DNA of 64,000 nucleotides from an uncultured Candidatus Rokubacteria bacterium (lineage in GTDB: Bacteria > Methylomirabilota > Methylomirabilia > Rokubacteriales > DASRDR01), in the NCBI GenBank assembly GCA_963826115.1, contig CAWGVS010000012.1:736001-800000 (forward strand), in the 5' to 3' direction. Shown piece by piece: positions 38,812 to 49,253 of the stretch. Both the position numbers and the translations under genes were made by a program. The notes under the pieces were generated by a model that saw only the letters and a list, made by a program, of their open reading frames with translations, had not been told where the DNA came from and did no database searches. Numbering within the stretch: position 1 is the first letter of the stretch; each line of letters opens with the position of its first letter.

Positions 38812-39327
38812 ATGTCCGGACGGACGGTGAAGATGCGCGGCAACCCCTTGCCCGTGGCGGGCCCGGAGCTCCACGCCGGCGACCGCGCCCCCGATTTCAA
38901 GCTCCACCAGCGAGGCCCCGACGGCCTGCGGGACGTCACGCTCCACGACTTCTCCGGCAAGACGCTGATCCTGAGCGTGGTGCCCTCGCTCGACACGCCG
39001 GTGTGCGAGGCGCAGACCAAGCGCTTCAACGACGAGGCCGCGAAGCTCCCGGCGACCGTGGCGGTCCTCACGGTCAGCATGGACTTACCCTTCGCCCAGG
39101 CGCGCTTCTGCGGCGCCAACGGCGTGAACCTCGTCCAGACCGCCTCCGACCACCGCGACGCCGGATTCGGCCGCGCCTACGGCACCCTGATCGAGCCGCT
39201 GCGGCTCGAGGCGCGGGCGCTCTTCGTGGTCGGGAAGGACGGGCATCTCAAGCACGTCCAGTACGTGCCCGAGGTGACCGAGCACCCGAACTACGACGCC
39301 GCCCTCACCGCCGCGCGGCACGGCTAG
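38812..39327 (+). CDS. tpx: Thiol peroxidase
   Basis: VVPSLDTPVC, SMDLPFAQARFC, HPNYDAAL. Confidence 0.96.
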   Translation: MSGRTVKMRGNPLPVAGPELHAGDRAPDFKLHQRGPDGLRDVTLHDFSGKTLILSVVPSLDTPVCEAQTKRFNDEAAKLPATVAVLTVSMDLPFAQARFCGANGVNLVQTASDHRDAGFGRAYGTLIEPLRLEARALFVVGKDGHLKHVQYVPEVTEHPNYDAALTAARHG

Positions 39328-39430
39328 CCGCCCGCCCTCCGGGCCGCGCCCGCGACCCGCGCGGGGGCGCGGCCCGGAGGCCGTTCCCCGTCCCCGGGCC
39401 TCGCCCGGGGCCACGGCCCGACCACCCCGC

Positions 39431-39904
39431 GTGCCGCCCGCGTCGACGTTGATCGGCGTGGTGTCGGATACCCACGGGCTCCTCCGGCTCGAGGCCGTCC
39501 GGCGCCTCCGCGGCGTCGACCGGATCGTCCACGCGGGCGACGTCGGGACGCCCGCCGTGCTGAGGGCGCTCCGCGCCCTGGCCCCGGTCACCGCCGTGCG
39601 CGGGAACAACGATCATGGCGCCTGGGCCCGCCGGCTTCCCGAGACGGTGACCCTGGCGGTCGGCCGCGTCCGCCTCCACGTCCTCCACGACGCGACGGCG
39701 CTCGGCCTCGACCCGGGGGCGGCGGCGATCCGGGTCGTCATCGCCGGCCACTCCCACCGCCCCTCGCTGGTCGAGCGGGGCGGCGTGCTGTTCCTCAACC
39801 CCGGCAGCATCGGCCCGCGCCGGTTCACGCTCCCCGTGACCCTGGCGCTCCTCCGGGTCCGCGGCGCCGGCGTCCGCGCCCGGATCGTCCACCTCGCGGT
39901 CTGA
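39431..39904 (+). CDS. YfcE-family metallophosphoesterase
   Basis: SDTHG, HAGD, GNND, GHSH, NPGS. Confidence 0.92.
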   Translation: MPPASTLIGVVSDTHGLLRLEAVRRLRGVDRIVHAGDVGTPAVLRALRALAPVTAVRGNNDHGAWARRLPETVTLAVGRVRLHVLHDATALGLDPGAAAIRVVIAGHSHRPSLVERGGVLFLNPGSIGPRRFTLPVTLALLRVRGAGVRARIVHLAV

Positions 39905-39960
39905 GCGGCCGGTCGTGCTACGGTCTCTCGCAGGATGCGGGCCCGGCCGCGGAGGCGCGC

Positions 39961-40404
39961 GTGAGCGAGACGTGGCGACGGTGGGGGCTCTACCTCGCCG
40001 GGGCCTGGAACATCATCGGCGGGGTCACGGCCCTCGCCGATCCGGCCCGCCACTTCGCCCAGCTCTACGGCACCGCCCTGTCCCTCGGCGACCCCCTCCA
40101 GGCGTTCTTCTACCGCGCGACCTGGATCAACGTGATCGCGTGGGGTGTGGGCTACGCGCTCGCCGCGCGCCATCGGGCCGGGCGCGCGCCCGTCCTCATC
40201 GCGGGGGCCGCGGGGAAGGTCGCCTACGCGGCGGCGTGCGTCGGGCTCTACGTCTACGGGATCGGGGGGGCCGCGCTCCTCGTCTCGGGCGCCCTCGACC
40301 TGCTCTTCGCGGCGTTCTTTGCCGCGGTCCTGTGGGGCCCGCGTCCGACGCCACCCGGCGACGGGCCGGGCGCGTTCCTCGAGCTCCGGACCGGAGGCGG
40401 ATGA
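39961..40404 (+). CDS. Hypothetical membrane protein
   Basis: About four hydrophobic helices, GGAGG SD, coding-like codon use. Confidence 0.7.
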   Translation: MSETWRRWGLYLAGAWNIIGGVTALADPARHFAQLYGTALSLGDPLQAFFYRATWINVIAWGVGYALAARHRAGRAPVLIAGAAGKVAYAAACVGLYVYGIGGAALLVSGALDLLFAAFFAAVLWGPRPTPPGDGPGAFLELRTGGG

Positions 40405-40426
40405 GGCGGGAGGCCGGCGGCCGCTA

Positions 40427-41740
40427 GTGGGCTATCGCGCGGTGCGGGGCGTCATCCGGCTTCTGCTCTGGCTCTTCTACCGCCGGATCGACGTGGTCGG
40501 CGCCGACCGCATCCCCGCCGCGGGCCCGCTCCTCGTCACCGCGAACCACCACAACTCGATCGTGGACGCCATGCTGGTCATCGCCACGATGCCGCGCCCG
40601 GTGACCCCGCTCGCCAAGGCGCCGCTCTTCCGCCACCCCTTCATCGGCCCGTTCCTGTGGCTGGTCGGGGCCGTGCCGGTGCACCGGCGCGCGGAGAGCG
40701 GCGACGATCCTCGGCGGAACGAGGCGATGTTCGCCGCGGTCGTCGCGGCGCTGCGGGGCGGCGCGGCGATCCTCATCTTTCCCGAGGGCGTGTCGCAGCC
40801 GCGCCCGACGCTCCTGCCTCTGAAGACGGGCGCCGCGCGCATCCTCCTTCAGGCGGAGGCGGTCCCGCCGCCGCCCGGGACGGTCCTTCTGCCCGTCGGC
40901 CTCGTCTTCGACCGGCCCGGCACGTTCCGCGAGGCGTCCGCGATCGTCGCGATCGGCCGGTCCGTGCCGACGGACGACTGCGTGGCGGGGTACGCGGCCG
41001 CGCCCGAGGAGGCCGCCCGCCAGCTTACCGCGCGCCTGGCGGACGCCCTCCGCGGGGAGCTGGTCGAGGCGGAAGACCAGCAGACGCTCGAGCTCCTCGG
41101 CGTCCTCGAGGGCGTGGTGCACCGGGCGGCGGGCCTGCCCCCGCCGGCCGAGCCCGCGGCGTCCCTCGCCTGGCGGCGCCGGACGATGGAGGCCGCGCGC
41201 GCGCTGGCGGCGCGCGCGCCCGAGCGGGTCACGGAGCTCCGGGAGCGGCTCGAGCGCTACCGGCGCCGGCTCGAGGAGACCGGGCTCACCGACGCGGAGC
41301 TCGGCAGCCCCTACACGCTGGGTGCGGTCCTCCGCTGGGCGGTCCGGAACGCCGTGCGGCTCGCCGTCAGCCTGCCGCTGGCGCTCCTTGGGATCGCGGC
41401 GCACGCGCTGCCGTACTGGCTCACGGACGTGGCCGCCCGGCGGCTCGGCACCACCGAGGAAGAGGCGGCGACCGACAAGATGGCGGTGGGCCTCGTGCTC
41501 TATCCCGTGTGCTGGGCGGTGGAGGCCTGGATTCCGTGGCGCCTCGCCGGCGGCGTCGGGGTCGTCCTGTGGGTGCTCCTCCTGGTGCCCTCGGGACTGG
41601 TCGCCCTCGCCTGGCGCGATCGGCTCGCCCGGGTCGCGCGACAGATCCGCGCGTTCCTCGGGTGGGCCGCCGACCGGCGGCTCCACCGGGATCTCCTGGC
41701 CGAGCGCGAAGCGCTCGCCCGGGAAGTGGCCGCGCTGTGA
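40427..41740 (+). CDS. PlsC-family acyltransferase with C-terminal TM region
   Basis: NHHNSIVD (HX4D), IFPEG, LKTGAARI; start uncertain. Confidence 0.88.
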   Translation: MGYRAVRGVIRLLLWLFYRRIDVVGADRIPAAGPLLVTANHHNSIVDAMLVIATMPRPVTPLAKAPLFRHPFIGPFLWLVGAVPVHRRAESGDDPRRNEAMFAAVVAALRGGAAILIFPEGVSQPRPTLLPLKTGAARILLQAEAVPPPPGTVLLPVGLVFDRPGTFREASAIVAIGRSVPTDDCVAGYAAAPEEAARQLTARLADALRGELVEAEDQQTLELLGVLEGVVHRAAGLPPPAEPAASLAWRRRTMEAARALAARAPERVTELRERLERYRRRLEETGLTDAELGSPYTLGAVLRWAVRNAVRLAVSLPLALLGIAAHALPYWLTDVAARRLGTTEEEAATDKMAVGLVLYPVCWAVEAWIPWRLAGGVGVVLWVLLLVPSGLVALAWRDRLARVARQIRAFLGWAADRRLHRDLLAEREALAREVAAL

Positions 41741-43011
41741 CGACGTCCTGGCGGGAGTCGCCCCGGGTGGTGCTCGGGACCCTCACGGGGCTGAACGGCC
41801 TCAACTACGTGGACCGTTACGTGGGGGCGGCGACGCTCCCGCTCATCCTCGCCGCGTTCTCGCTCTCGGACGCCGCGGGTGGGTTCCTCCAGTCCGTGTT
41901 CATCGTCACGTATGCGCTCGTGTGCCCGATCATCGGGTGGCTCGGCGACCGCGGAAACCGGACGCGGCTCGCGGCCGCGGGGGTCTTCGTGTGGAGCGCC
42001 GCCACCGTCGCCTCGGGCCTCGCCCCCACGTACGCGGCGCTCCTCCTGGCGCGGGCGGTGGTGGGCGTGGGCGAGGCGAGCTACGCCGTGGTCACGCCGT
42101 CCCTCCTGTCGGACTGCTACCCGGCGGACCGGCGCGCGCGCGTCCTCGGGATCTTCTACGCCGCGATCCCCGTCGGCACGGCGCTCGGCTACATCCTCGG
42201 CGGGCTCGTCGGCGAGCGGGCCGGCTGGCGCCACGCCTTCTTCATCGCGGGCGCGCCGGGGCTCCTCCTCGCCTTCGTGCTGCTCGGGCTCCGCGAGCCG
42301 GTCCGCGGCGCCCACGACGCGCCGGGCGCGGCGCCGGCCACCGCGCCCGGCCTCAGGGCGTCGCTCCAGGCGCTCCTCGTGCGGCGGAGCTACGTCTACA
42401 ACACGGCGGCGCAGGTGATCTACACCTTCGCGATGGGCGGGCTCGCGACCTGGATCCCGACGTACTTCGTCCGCGCGCGGGGGATCCCGCTCGCGACGGC
42501 GGCCTCGACCTTCGGGCTCCTCCTGGTGGTCGCGGGCTTCCTCGGGACGCTCCTCGGCGGTCGGCTCGGCGACGCCGTCGCGCGCCGCCGACCCGGCGGT
42601 CACTTCCTCGTCTCCGGCGTGACCCTCGTGGCCTCGATCGCGTTCACGGTGCCCGCGGTCCTGGCGCCGTCGCCTGTCGTGTTCTGGCCGGCGATGTTTC
42701 TCACGCTCCTCATGCTCTTCGTGAACATCGGGCCGCTCAACGCGGCGATGGCGAACGTCCTGCCCGCGGACCTCCGGGCGCGCGGGTTCGCGGCGACCAC
42801 GATGGTGATGCATCTCCTCGGCGACGCCGCGTCCCCGTGGCTCATCGGCGTCGCGTCGGACGCGATCGGGCTCACGCTCCCCGTGCTGGTGACGGGCACG
42901 ATGCTCGCCCTCGCGGGGGTCGTCCTCCTCGCCGGGCGCCGGGCGCTCGAGCAGGACCTGGCGGCGCTGGGCGCGCCGCCCGTGGCGGCGGGGCGGAGCC
43001 CCCTACACTAG
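41737..43011 (+). CDS. MFS transporter (spinster-like)
   Basis: LNYVDRY, GWLGDRGNR, GVGEASY, HLLGDAASP. Confidence 0.92.
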   Translation: MTTSWRESPRVVLGTLTGLNGLNYVDRYVGAATLPLILAAFSLSDAAGGFLQSVFIVTYALVCPIIGWLGDRGNRTRLAAAGVFVWSAATVASGLAPTYAALLLARAVVGVGEASYAVVTPSLLSDCYPADRRARVLGIFYAAIPVGTALGYILGGLVGERAGWRHAFFIAGAPGLLLAFVLLGLREPVRGAHDAPGAAPATAPGLRASLQALLVRRSYVYNTAAQVIYTFAMGGLATWIPTYFVRARGIPLATAASTFGLLLVVAGFLGTLLGGRLGDAVARRRPGGHFLVSGVTLVASIAFTVPAVLAPSPVVFWPAMFLTLLMLFVNIGPLNAAMANVLPADLRARGFAATTMVMHLLGDAASPWLIGVASDAIGLTLPVLVTGTMLALAGVVLLAGRRALEQDLAALGAPPVAAGRSPLH

Positions 43012-43124
43012 CCCGGGCCCGTCGGCGGGGTGGCGGGGACCGCCGGCGCCCCGAAGTACCGCGTCACCGCCGCGTGCACCGGGATCGTGATCCCGCGGAG
43101 GGTGCGTCGCTTCGAGATCTTGGC
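43008..43124 (-). pseudogene. 3' remnant resembling a TAXI-family TRAP solute receptor
   Basis: AKISKRRTLRGITIPVHAAVTRYF...* resembles the TAXI C-terminus; its stop overlaps the convergent MFS stop. Confidence 0.4.
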
Positions 43125-43188
43125 GCACGGCCCGGACGCGCCCGCACAGGCGCGCCCCGCCGGGGCCTCGCCCGCCGCACGGGCCTCG

Positions 43189-44584
43189 CTACTGCGCCCA
43201 GCCGCCCCCGAGCGCTCGGTAGAGCTGGACGACGTTCAAGAGCTCGTCCCGCTGGGCCCGCGAGAGGTCCAGCTCCGCGGAGAAGAGCTGCCGCTCGTTG
43301 TCCAGGACCTCGAGGTAGTTGGTCACGCCCCCGTCGTAGCGGAGGTTCGAGAGCTTCGTGGCGTTCCGCAGCACCTGGACGAGGGTCTCCTGCTCCCGCC
43401 GGGCATCCTGCCGCTTGCGATACCCGACCAGGGAGTCGGACACCTCGCGGAGCGCCTGCTGGACGGTCTGCTGATAGCGAAGGACAGCTTCCTGGGCGCG
43501 CGCCTCCGCGGAGTCGACGCCGGCCCGGACGCGGCCCATGTTGAAGATCGGGACCGAGAGCGTGGGACCGATCCCGAAGAAGCCCATGGGGCCGAAGGAC
43601 ACGCTGTTCTGGACGCCTCCCGCCACGCCGATCGAGCCGAGGAGGAAGATACGCGGGAAGTAGTCGGACTTGGCCACCCCGATCCGCGCGTTGGCCGCGA
43701 CCAGCTGCTGCTCGGCGAGGCGGATGTCGGGCCGCCGCTCCAGCAGGGCGGCCGGCAGGCCGGCGGGAACGGTGGGCCGGCGGATCTGCCCTTCCAGCCC
43801 TCGGCCGCGCAAGATCGATCCGGGGTTCCGGCCGATGAGCACGCTGATGAGGTTCTCCGTCTGCTCGATCTGCCGCTCGAAGTCCGGGATCTCCCGCAAG
43901 GCCCCCGAGAGCAGCGTCTCGGCCTGGTACACGTCCATCAGCGACACCACGCCGCCTTCCTCGCGGAGCTGGACGAGCCGCAGCGAGTCCTGGCGGAGCC
44001 CGACGGTCCGGCGGGCGATTTCCAGGCTGAGGTCCAGGGTGCGCAGCTGGAAGTACGCGATGGCCACGCTGGAGACCAGGTTGCTCAGGACCACGTGGCG
44101 GCCTTCCTCGGAGGCGAGCAGGTCGGCGCGGGCGGCCTCGGTGGCTCGGCGCCACCGGCCCCAGAAGTCGAGCTCGAAGGAGAGATTGACACCGCCCTGC
44201 GCGAGGAACGAGTTCTCGAGCGTGAACAGCGGCGGTCGGTCACCGAAGGTGGTCGCGAAGGGGGCCTCGGCCGTACCCTCGACGGTGGGGAACTGGTTCG
44301 ACCGCGTGATGACCACCTGGGCCTGGGCGTCGAGGATGCGCGCCACGGCGAGCCGGAGGTCGTAGTTCTCGGCCAGCGCGGTCCGGATCAGCGTCTGGAG
44401 GACCTCGTCCTCGAAGAGCGTCCACCAGGCGACGTCGGCGAGCGACCCCGGCTCGGCCGGGCGCGGTGGGATCGAGCCCGCGGTAGAAGGACGGCAGCGG
44501 CACATCCGGCCGGCGATAGTCGGGCCCCATCGTGCACGCGGCGAGGACGATCGGGATCAGCGCCAGCAGGAGACCGCGTCTCAC
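43189..44584 (-). pseudogene. RND outer-membrane factor (OprM/NodT lipoprotein) with a +1 frameshift near 44460
   Basis: Lipoprotein start VRRGLLLALIPIVLAACTMGPDYRRP (GTG 44584) is in a different frame from the body WWTLFED...RRPDI...LYRALGGGW. Confidence 0.8.
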
Positions 44585-47500
44585 GGGTGCTCCCCCCGGA
44601 ACGCCGCCTCCGCTGGCTCGGGCACGGGTTCCTTGCCGGGATCCTTCGCCCGCTTGTGGCGCCGCCCCAGCTGCTCCACGAAGGCGAAGTTGCCCGGAAT
44701 GATGAACACGCCGAGGAACGTGGCGACCAGCATGCCCCAGAAGACCGCCGTGCCCATGACGTTCTGGGCGCCCGCGCCGGCCCCGCTCGCCCGCATGAGC
44801 GGGACCACGCCCAGGATGAAGGCGAAGGCGGTCATCAGGATGGGCCGGAAGCGCAGCCGGGCGGCCTCGAGCGCCGCCTCCTGCGCCGGCTTGCCCTCCT
44901 CGTGCCTCACCTTCGCCACCTCGACGATGAGGATCGCGTTCTTGGCCGCGAGACCGATGAGCATGATGAGCCCGACCTGGACGTACACGTTGTTGTCGAA
45001 GCCCGCGAGCCAGACGCCGAAGAAGGCGCCGAGCGCAACCAGCGGCGAGCCGAGGAGCACGGCCCACGGCAGGCGCCAGCTCTCGTACATCGCGGCCAGC
45101 AGGAGGAACACGAAGAGGATCGCCATGACGAAGGTCGGGCCCGCGGGCGGCGCCACCTTCTCCTGGTAGGAGAGCTTCGAGTAGGCGAAGCCCATCTCCT
45201 TCGGCATCGTCTTTCCGAACACGTCCTCGAGGGTGGCCAGCGCCTGGCCGGAGGTGAAGCCAGGGCCGGGCACGCCGCTGATCTCCACCGAGCGGAACAG
45301 ATTGAAGCGGGTGGTGATCTCCGTGCTCGGCACTTCCCGGATCGTTAGCAGGGTCGAGAGCGGGATCATGGTGTTCGTGGTGTTGCTGCGCACGTAGATC
45401 TGTCCGATGTCGTCGGGCTTGCGGCGATAGTCGGCGTCCGCCTGGACGTAGACGCGGAACAGGCGCCCGAACCGGTTGAAGTCGTTCACGTAGGCACCGC
45501 CCAGCACGGCGGACATGGACTGGAACACGTCGTTGACGGGGATGCCGAGGGTGCGTGCCTTCTCCCGGTCGAGCTCCACCTTCACCTGGGGATAGTTCGG
45601 ATCGAAGGAGGTGAACAGGTTGGCGAGCTGCGGACGCTGGCGCGCCTCGGTCAGGAAGGCGCGCGACTGGACGCCGAGGTCGTCGACGCTCAAGGTGCCG
45701 CTCCGGTCCTGGAGCAGGAAGTTGAAGCCGGCCGAGGCGCCGAAGCCGGCGATCGTGGGGATGTTGAAGGGGAAGATGACCGCCTCCGGGATCGCCGCGA
45801 ACTGCGGGGCGAGGTGTCTGATGATCCCCTTCACGTGCAAGGCCTCGCCGTGGCGCTCCTCCCAGTCCTTGAGCCGGATCAGGATGGTCCCGAAGTTCGG
45901 CTGGTAGGTATTCGTCACGAGCCCGAACCCGCCGATCGTCGTATAGGCGTCGACGCCCTCCGTCTTCCCGACGATCTGCTCGACCCGGGTCAGGATGGCG
46001 GCCGTCCGCTCGAGGGACGCGCCGGGCGGGAGCGTCACGTTGACACCGAGGAGCCCCTGATCCTCATCGGGGATGAACCCGGCGGGAAGTCTCTTGCCGA
46101 AGAATCCGGCGCCCACGACCACGACCCCGATGAGCAGGATCGTCAGCACGGCGCGCCGGACGAGCAGCCGGGTCACCCCGATGTAGCCGTTGGTCGCCCG
46201 GTCGAATACCCAGTTGAACCCCCGGAAGAACATCCCGAGCGGCCCCCGCCCGGGCCCGTGGCCCGGCTTCAGGAGCAGCACGGAAAGGGCGGGCGAGAGG
46301 GACAGGGCGCTGAAGGCCGAGAGCAGCACGGAGATGGCGATGGTCAGCGCGAACTGCTGGTACATCCGGCCGGTGAGGCCCCCGAGGAACGCGACAGGCA
46401 CGAACACGGCCGAGAGGATGAGGGCAATCCCCACGACCGGGCCCGACACCTCCTTCATGGCCTGGATCGTCGCCGCTCGCGGGTCGAGCCCGCGCTCCAT
46501 GTGATGGATCACGGCCTCCACCACGACGATGGCGTCGTCCACGACGATGCCGATGGCCAGCACGAGCCCGAACATCGAGAGCGTGTTGACCGAGAAGCCG
46601 AGCATCGGGAAGAAGATGAAGGTGCCGATGATCGAGACGGGCACGGTCAGGAGCGGGATGATCGTCGCCCGCACGTTCTGGAGGAAGATGAACACCACGA
46701 GCGTGACCAGGATCAGCGCCTCGATGAAGGTGTGCACGATCGATTCGATCGAGGCCTCGACGGCCGGCGTCGTGTCGTAGACGATCTTGTAGTCCATGTC
46801 GGGCGGGAAGAGCGTCTTGGCCCGCGCCATGGTTTCGTAGATCTGCTTCGCCGCCTCGAGCTGATTCGCCCCCGGGAGGAGGTAAACGGCCATCGCTCCG
46901 GCCGGCTTGCCGTCCAGCCGGCCGAACGAGTTGTAGTCCTGGGAGCCGAGCTCCGCCCGGCCCACGTCCTTGATCCGGACCTGGGCGGCGGTGGCGGTGC
47001 CCCGGATGATGATGTTCTCGAACTCCTCCGTGGTGATCAGGCGGCCCGGCGCGGCCACGGTGTAGGTGAACTGCTGGTCCTTGGGGGAGGGCGCGCCGCC
47101 GACCCGCCCGGCGGGCGCCTGGAGGTTCTGCTCCTTGATCGCCGAGATCACGTCGGCCGGCGTCAGCCCGAGCTTGGCCAGCTTGTTGGGCTCGAGCCAG
47201 ACGCGCATGCCGTAGTCGGTGCCGCCGAAGAGATCGACCTGGGCGATCCCGGGGATGCGGAGGATCTGGTCCCGCAGGTTGATACCGGCGTAGTTGATCA
47301 GGAAGTTCGCGTCGTAGCTCAGCCCCGGCGAGTAGACCGAGATGACCATCAAGATGCTGGGGCTCTGCTTCTTGACGGTGACCCCCTGCTGGATCACCTC
47401 CTGCGGGAGCCGCGCCTGGGCCACCGTGACCCGGTTCTGCGTGAGGACGTTGGCGGTGTCCTGGTCGACGCCGACCTCGAAGCTGACGTCGAGCAGCATG

Positions 47501-47760
47501 CGGCCGTCGCTCGTGTTCGACGACTGCATGTAGATCATCTTGTCGACGCCGTTGACCTCCTGCTCGATCGGGGTGGCGACCGACTGCTCCACCGCGACCG
47601 CCGAGGCGCCCGGGTAGGTCGCCGTGACGCGGATGGACGGCGGGGCCAGGAAGGGGTACTGCTCGAAGGCGAGCTTGAGGAGCGAGGAGGTCCCCAGCAA
47701 CACGGTCAGGATCGCGATGACGATCGCGACGATCGGACGGCCGATGAAGAACTGCGCCAT
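44581..47760 (-). CDS. HAE1-family RND efflux permease
   Basis: FFIGRPIVA, GIVVDDAIVVVE, KNAILIVE, RFRPILMTAFAF. Confidence 0.96.
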   Translation of the reverse strand: MAQFFIGRPIVAIVIAILTVLLGTSSLLKLAFEQYPFLAPPSIRVTATYPGASAVAVEQSVATPIEQEVNGVDKMIYMQSSNTSDGRMLLDVSFEVGVDQDTANVLTQNRVTVAQARLPQEVIQQGVTVKKQSPSILMVISVYSPGLSYDANFLINYAGINLRDQILRIPGIAQVDLFGGTDYGMRVWLEPNKLAKLGLTPADVISAIKEQNLQAPAGRVGGAPSPKDQQFTYTVAAPGRLITTEEFENIIIRGTATAAQVRIKDVGRAELGSQDYNSFGRLDGKPAGAMAVYLLPGANQLEAAKQIYETMARAKTLFPPDMDYKIVYDTTPAVEASIESIVHTFIEALILVTLVVFIFLQNVRATIIPLLTVPVSIIGTFIFFPMLGFSVNTLSMFGLVLAIGIVVDDAIVVVEAVIHHMERGLDPRAATIQAMKEVSGPVVGIALILSAVFVPVAFLGGLTGRMYQQFALTIAISVLLSAFSALSLSPALSVLLLKPGHGPGRGPLGMFFRGFNWVFDRATNGYIGVTRLLVRRAVLTILLIGVVVVGAGFFGKRLPAGFIPDEDQGLLGVNVTLPPGASLERTAAILTRVEQIVGKTEGVDAYTTIGGFGLVTNTYQPNFGTILIRLKDWEERHGEALHVKGIIRHLAPQFAAIPEAVIFPFNIPTIAGFGASAGFNFLLQDRSGTLSVDDLGVQSRAFLTEARQRPQLANLFTSFDPNYPQVKVELDREKARTLGIPVNDVFQSMSAVLGGAYVNDFNRFGRLFRVYVQADADYRRKPDDIGQIYVRSNTTNTMIPLSTLLTIREVPSTEITTRFNLFRSVEISGVPGPGFTSGQALATLEDVFGKTMPKEMGFAYSKLSYQEKVAPPAGPTFVMAILFVFLLLAAMYESWRLPWAVLLGSPLVALGAFFGVWLAGFDNNVYVQVGLIMLIGLAAKNAILIVEVAKVRHEEGKPAQEAALEAARLRFRPILMTAFAFILGVVPLMRASGAGAGAQNVMGTAVFWGMLVATFLGVFIIPGNFAFVEQLGRRHKRAKDPGKEPVPEPAEAAFRGEHP

Positions 47761-47765
47761 CGGGC

Positions 47766-49253
47766 CTAGCCGCCGCCCGGTGACTTGGCCGCGGGCGCCT
47801 TCGGCGGTGCGGTCGGCGGCGCGGCGTCGCTAGCGGCGGGCGCTGCCGCCGGAGCCGGCCCCGCCGGCGGCGCGCCGGCGGCGGGTGGCGCCCCGGCCGG
47901 CGGGGCCATCTCGGGCTTCACCTGCATCCCGGGCCGGACTTTCTGGAGGCCCTCGACGATCACGCGCTCCCCGCCCTCCAGCCCGCGCGTCACGATGATG
48001 AGGTCCCCGATGCGCTCGTTCAGGGTCACGCTCCGGAGCGCGACCTTGTCGCCCTGGTCGACCACCAGAACGGACTTCTGCCCCTGGGTCTCCGTGATGG
48101 CGCGCTGGGGGACGAGGACGGCGTTCTGGCGCTCCTCGACGACGGCGCGCACTCGTCCGAACTGCCCCGGCCGCAGGAGCTTCTCGGGATTGGGGAACAG
48201 CGCCTCGAAGACGATCGTGCCGGTCTTGGGGTCGACGGTCCGGTCGAGCGTGGTCACCCGACCCTTGTGCGGGTGGAGCGTGCCGTCGGCCAGGACCAGC
48301 TCGAGCTGCACGGGCTCGCCGGCGGCCGAGCGGCCCGCGGCGCGCCGGGCGAACCGGAGGTAGTCCGCCTCGCTCACGGTCGTGGTGGCCTTGATCGGAT
48401 CGACGGTGGACATCGTGGCCAGCAGCGTCGGCTCACCCCGGCCGACGAGGTTGCCCTCGTCCACGTCGAGCCGCCCGATGATCCCGCTCACCGGGGCGCG
48501 GATGGTCGTGTAGGCGAGATCGAGCTCGGCCTGCGTGACGGCGGCGCGCGCCGACTCGACAGCGGCCTGCGCCTGCTGTATCCCGATCCGCTGGGAGAGC
48601 TTGGTGTCCTTGAGGGCGGCTTCCGACGCGACCACGCCCGCGCTGGCCACCTGCTCCGCCGCGAGGGCGTTGTCGAGGTCGACCTGCGGCACGGCCTTCG
48701 CCTGGGCGAGGGGCTTCAGCCGGGCGACGTCGAGCTTGGCCTTCGCGAGAGCGGCCTTGTGCTGCTCGAGTTGGGCGGCAGCCCGTTCGACCTCGACTGA
48801 CTCCTGCGCCTTGGCGAGTTCGGCCTGCGCCTTGCCGAGCTGGGCGCGCGCGCTCTGGAGCGTCGCCTCGTACTGCGTCTTCTGGATCTCGAAGAGGATC
48901 TGGCCCTCCTTGACCTCGGCGCCCTCCTTGAAGCGCACGTGCTCGAGCACGCCCTGGATGCGCGCGCGGAGCTCGACCGTCTGGACGGCGTCGGTCTGCG
49001 CCACGAACTCCGCCACGATCGGGACCGTCTTCTTGACGACCTCCGCCACGACGACCGCCGGGGGCGGCGGGGCCGGGGGCGCGGCCTCCTTCGCCTTCGT
49101 GCGGTCGCAGGTGGTGAGCGCGGGGAGGAGCGCGCCGAGGGCCAGGAGGCCCATGAAGACCACCGAGCCGTTACGGCGCGGGGGCTTGGGGCGGATCCGG
49201 CGCTTCCAGCGGGGTGGGGCTGTCGCAGTCTTCCGCACGCGTCGCTCTATCAT
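47766..49253 (-). CDS. RND periplasmic adaptor (MexA/AcrA-like)
   Basis: VELRARIQG, YTTIRAPVSG, NPEKLLRPGQFGR; alternative start at 49154. Confidence 0.9.
   Translation of the reverse strand: MIERRVRKTATAPPRWKRRIRPKPPRRNGSVVFMGLLALGALLPALTTCDRTKAKEAAPPAPPPPAVVVAEVVKKTVPIVAEFVAQTDAVQTVELRARIQGVLEHVRFKEGAEVKEGQILFEIQKTQYEATLQSARAQLGKAQAELAKAQESVEVERAAAQLEQHKAALAKAKLDVARLKPLAQAKAVPQVDLDNALAAEQVASAGVVASEAALKDTKLSQRIGIQQAQAAVESARAAVTQAELDLAYTTIRAPVSGIIGRLDVDEGNLVGRGEPTLLATMSTVDPIKATTTVSEADYLRFARRAAGRSAAGEPVQLELVLADGTLHPHKGRVTTLDRTVDPKTGTIVFEALFPNPEKLLRPGQFGRVRAVVEERQNAVLVPQRAITETQGQKSVLVVDQGDKVALRSVTLNERIGDLIIVTRGLEGGERVIVEGLQKVRPGMQVKPEMAPPAGAPPAAGAPPAGPAPAAAPAASDAAPPTAPPKAPAAKSPGGG

Noticed and set aside
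7490-40427. Out-of-frame coupled starts at 7506 (GTGA) and 40401 (ATGA with SD) as programmed frameshifts
   Set aside because: No slippery sequence; one added base would fix each, and in-frame alternative starts exist. Assembly indels or chance are likelier; needs read mapping.
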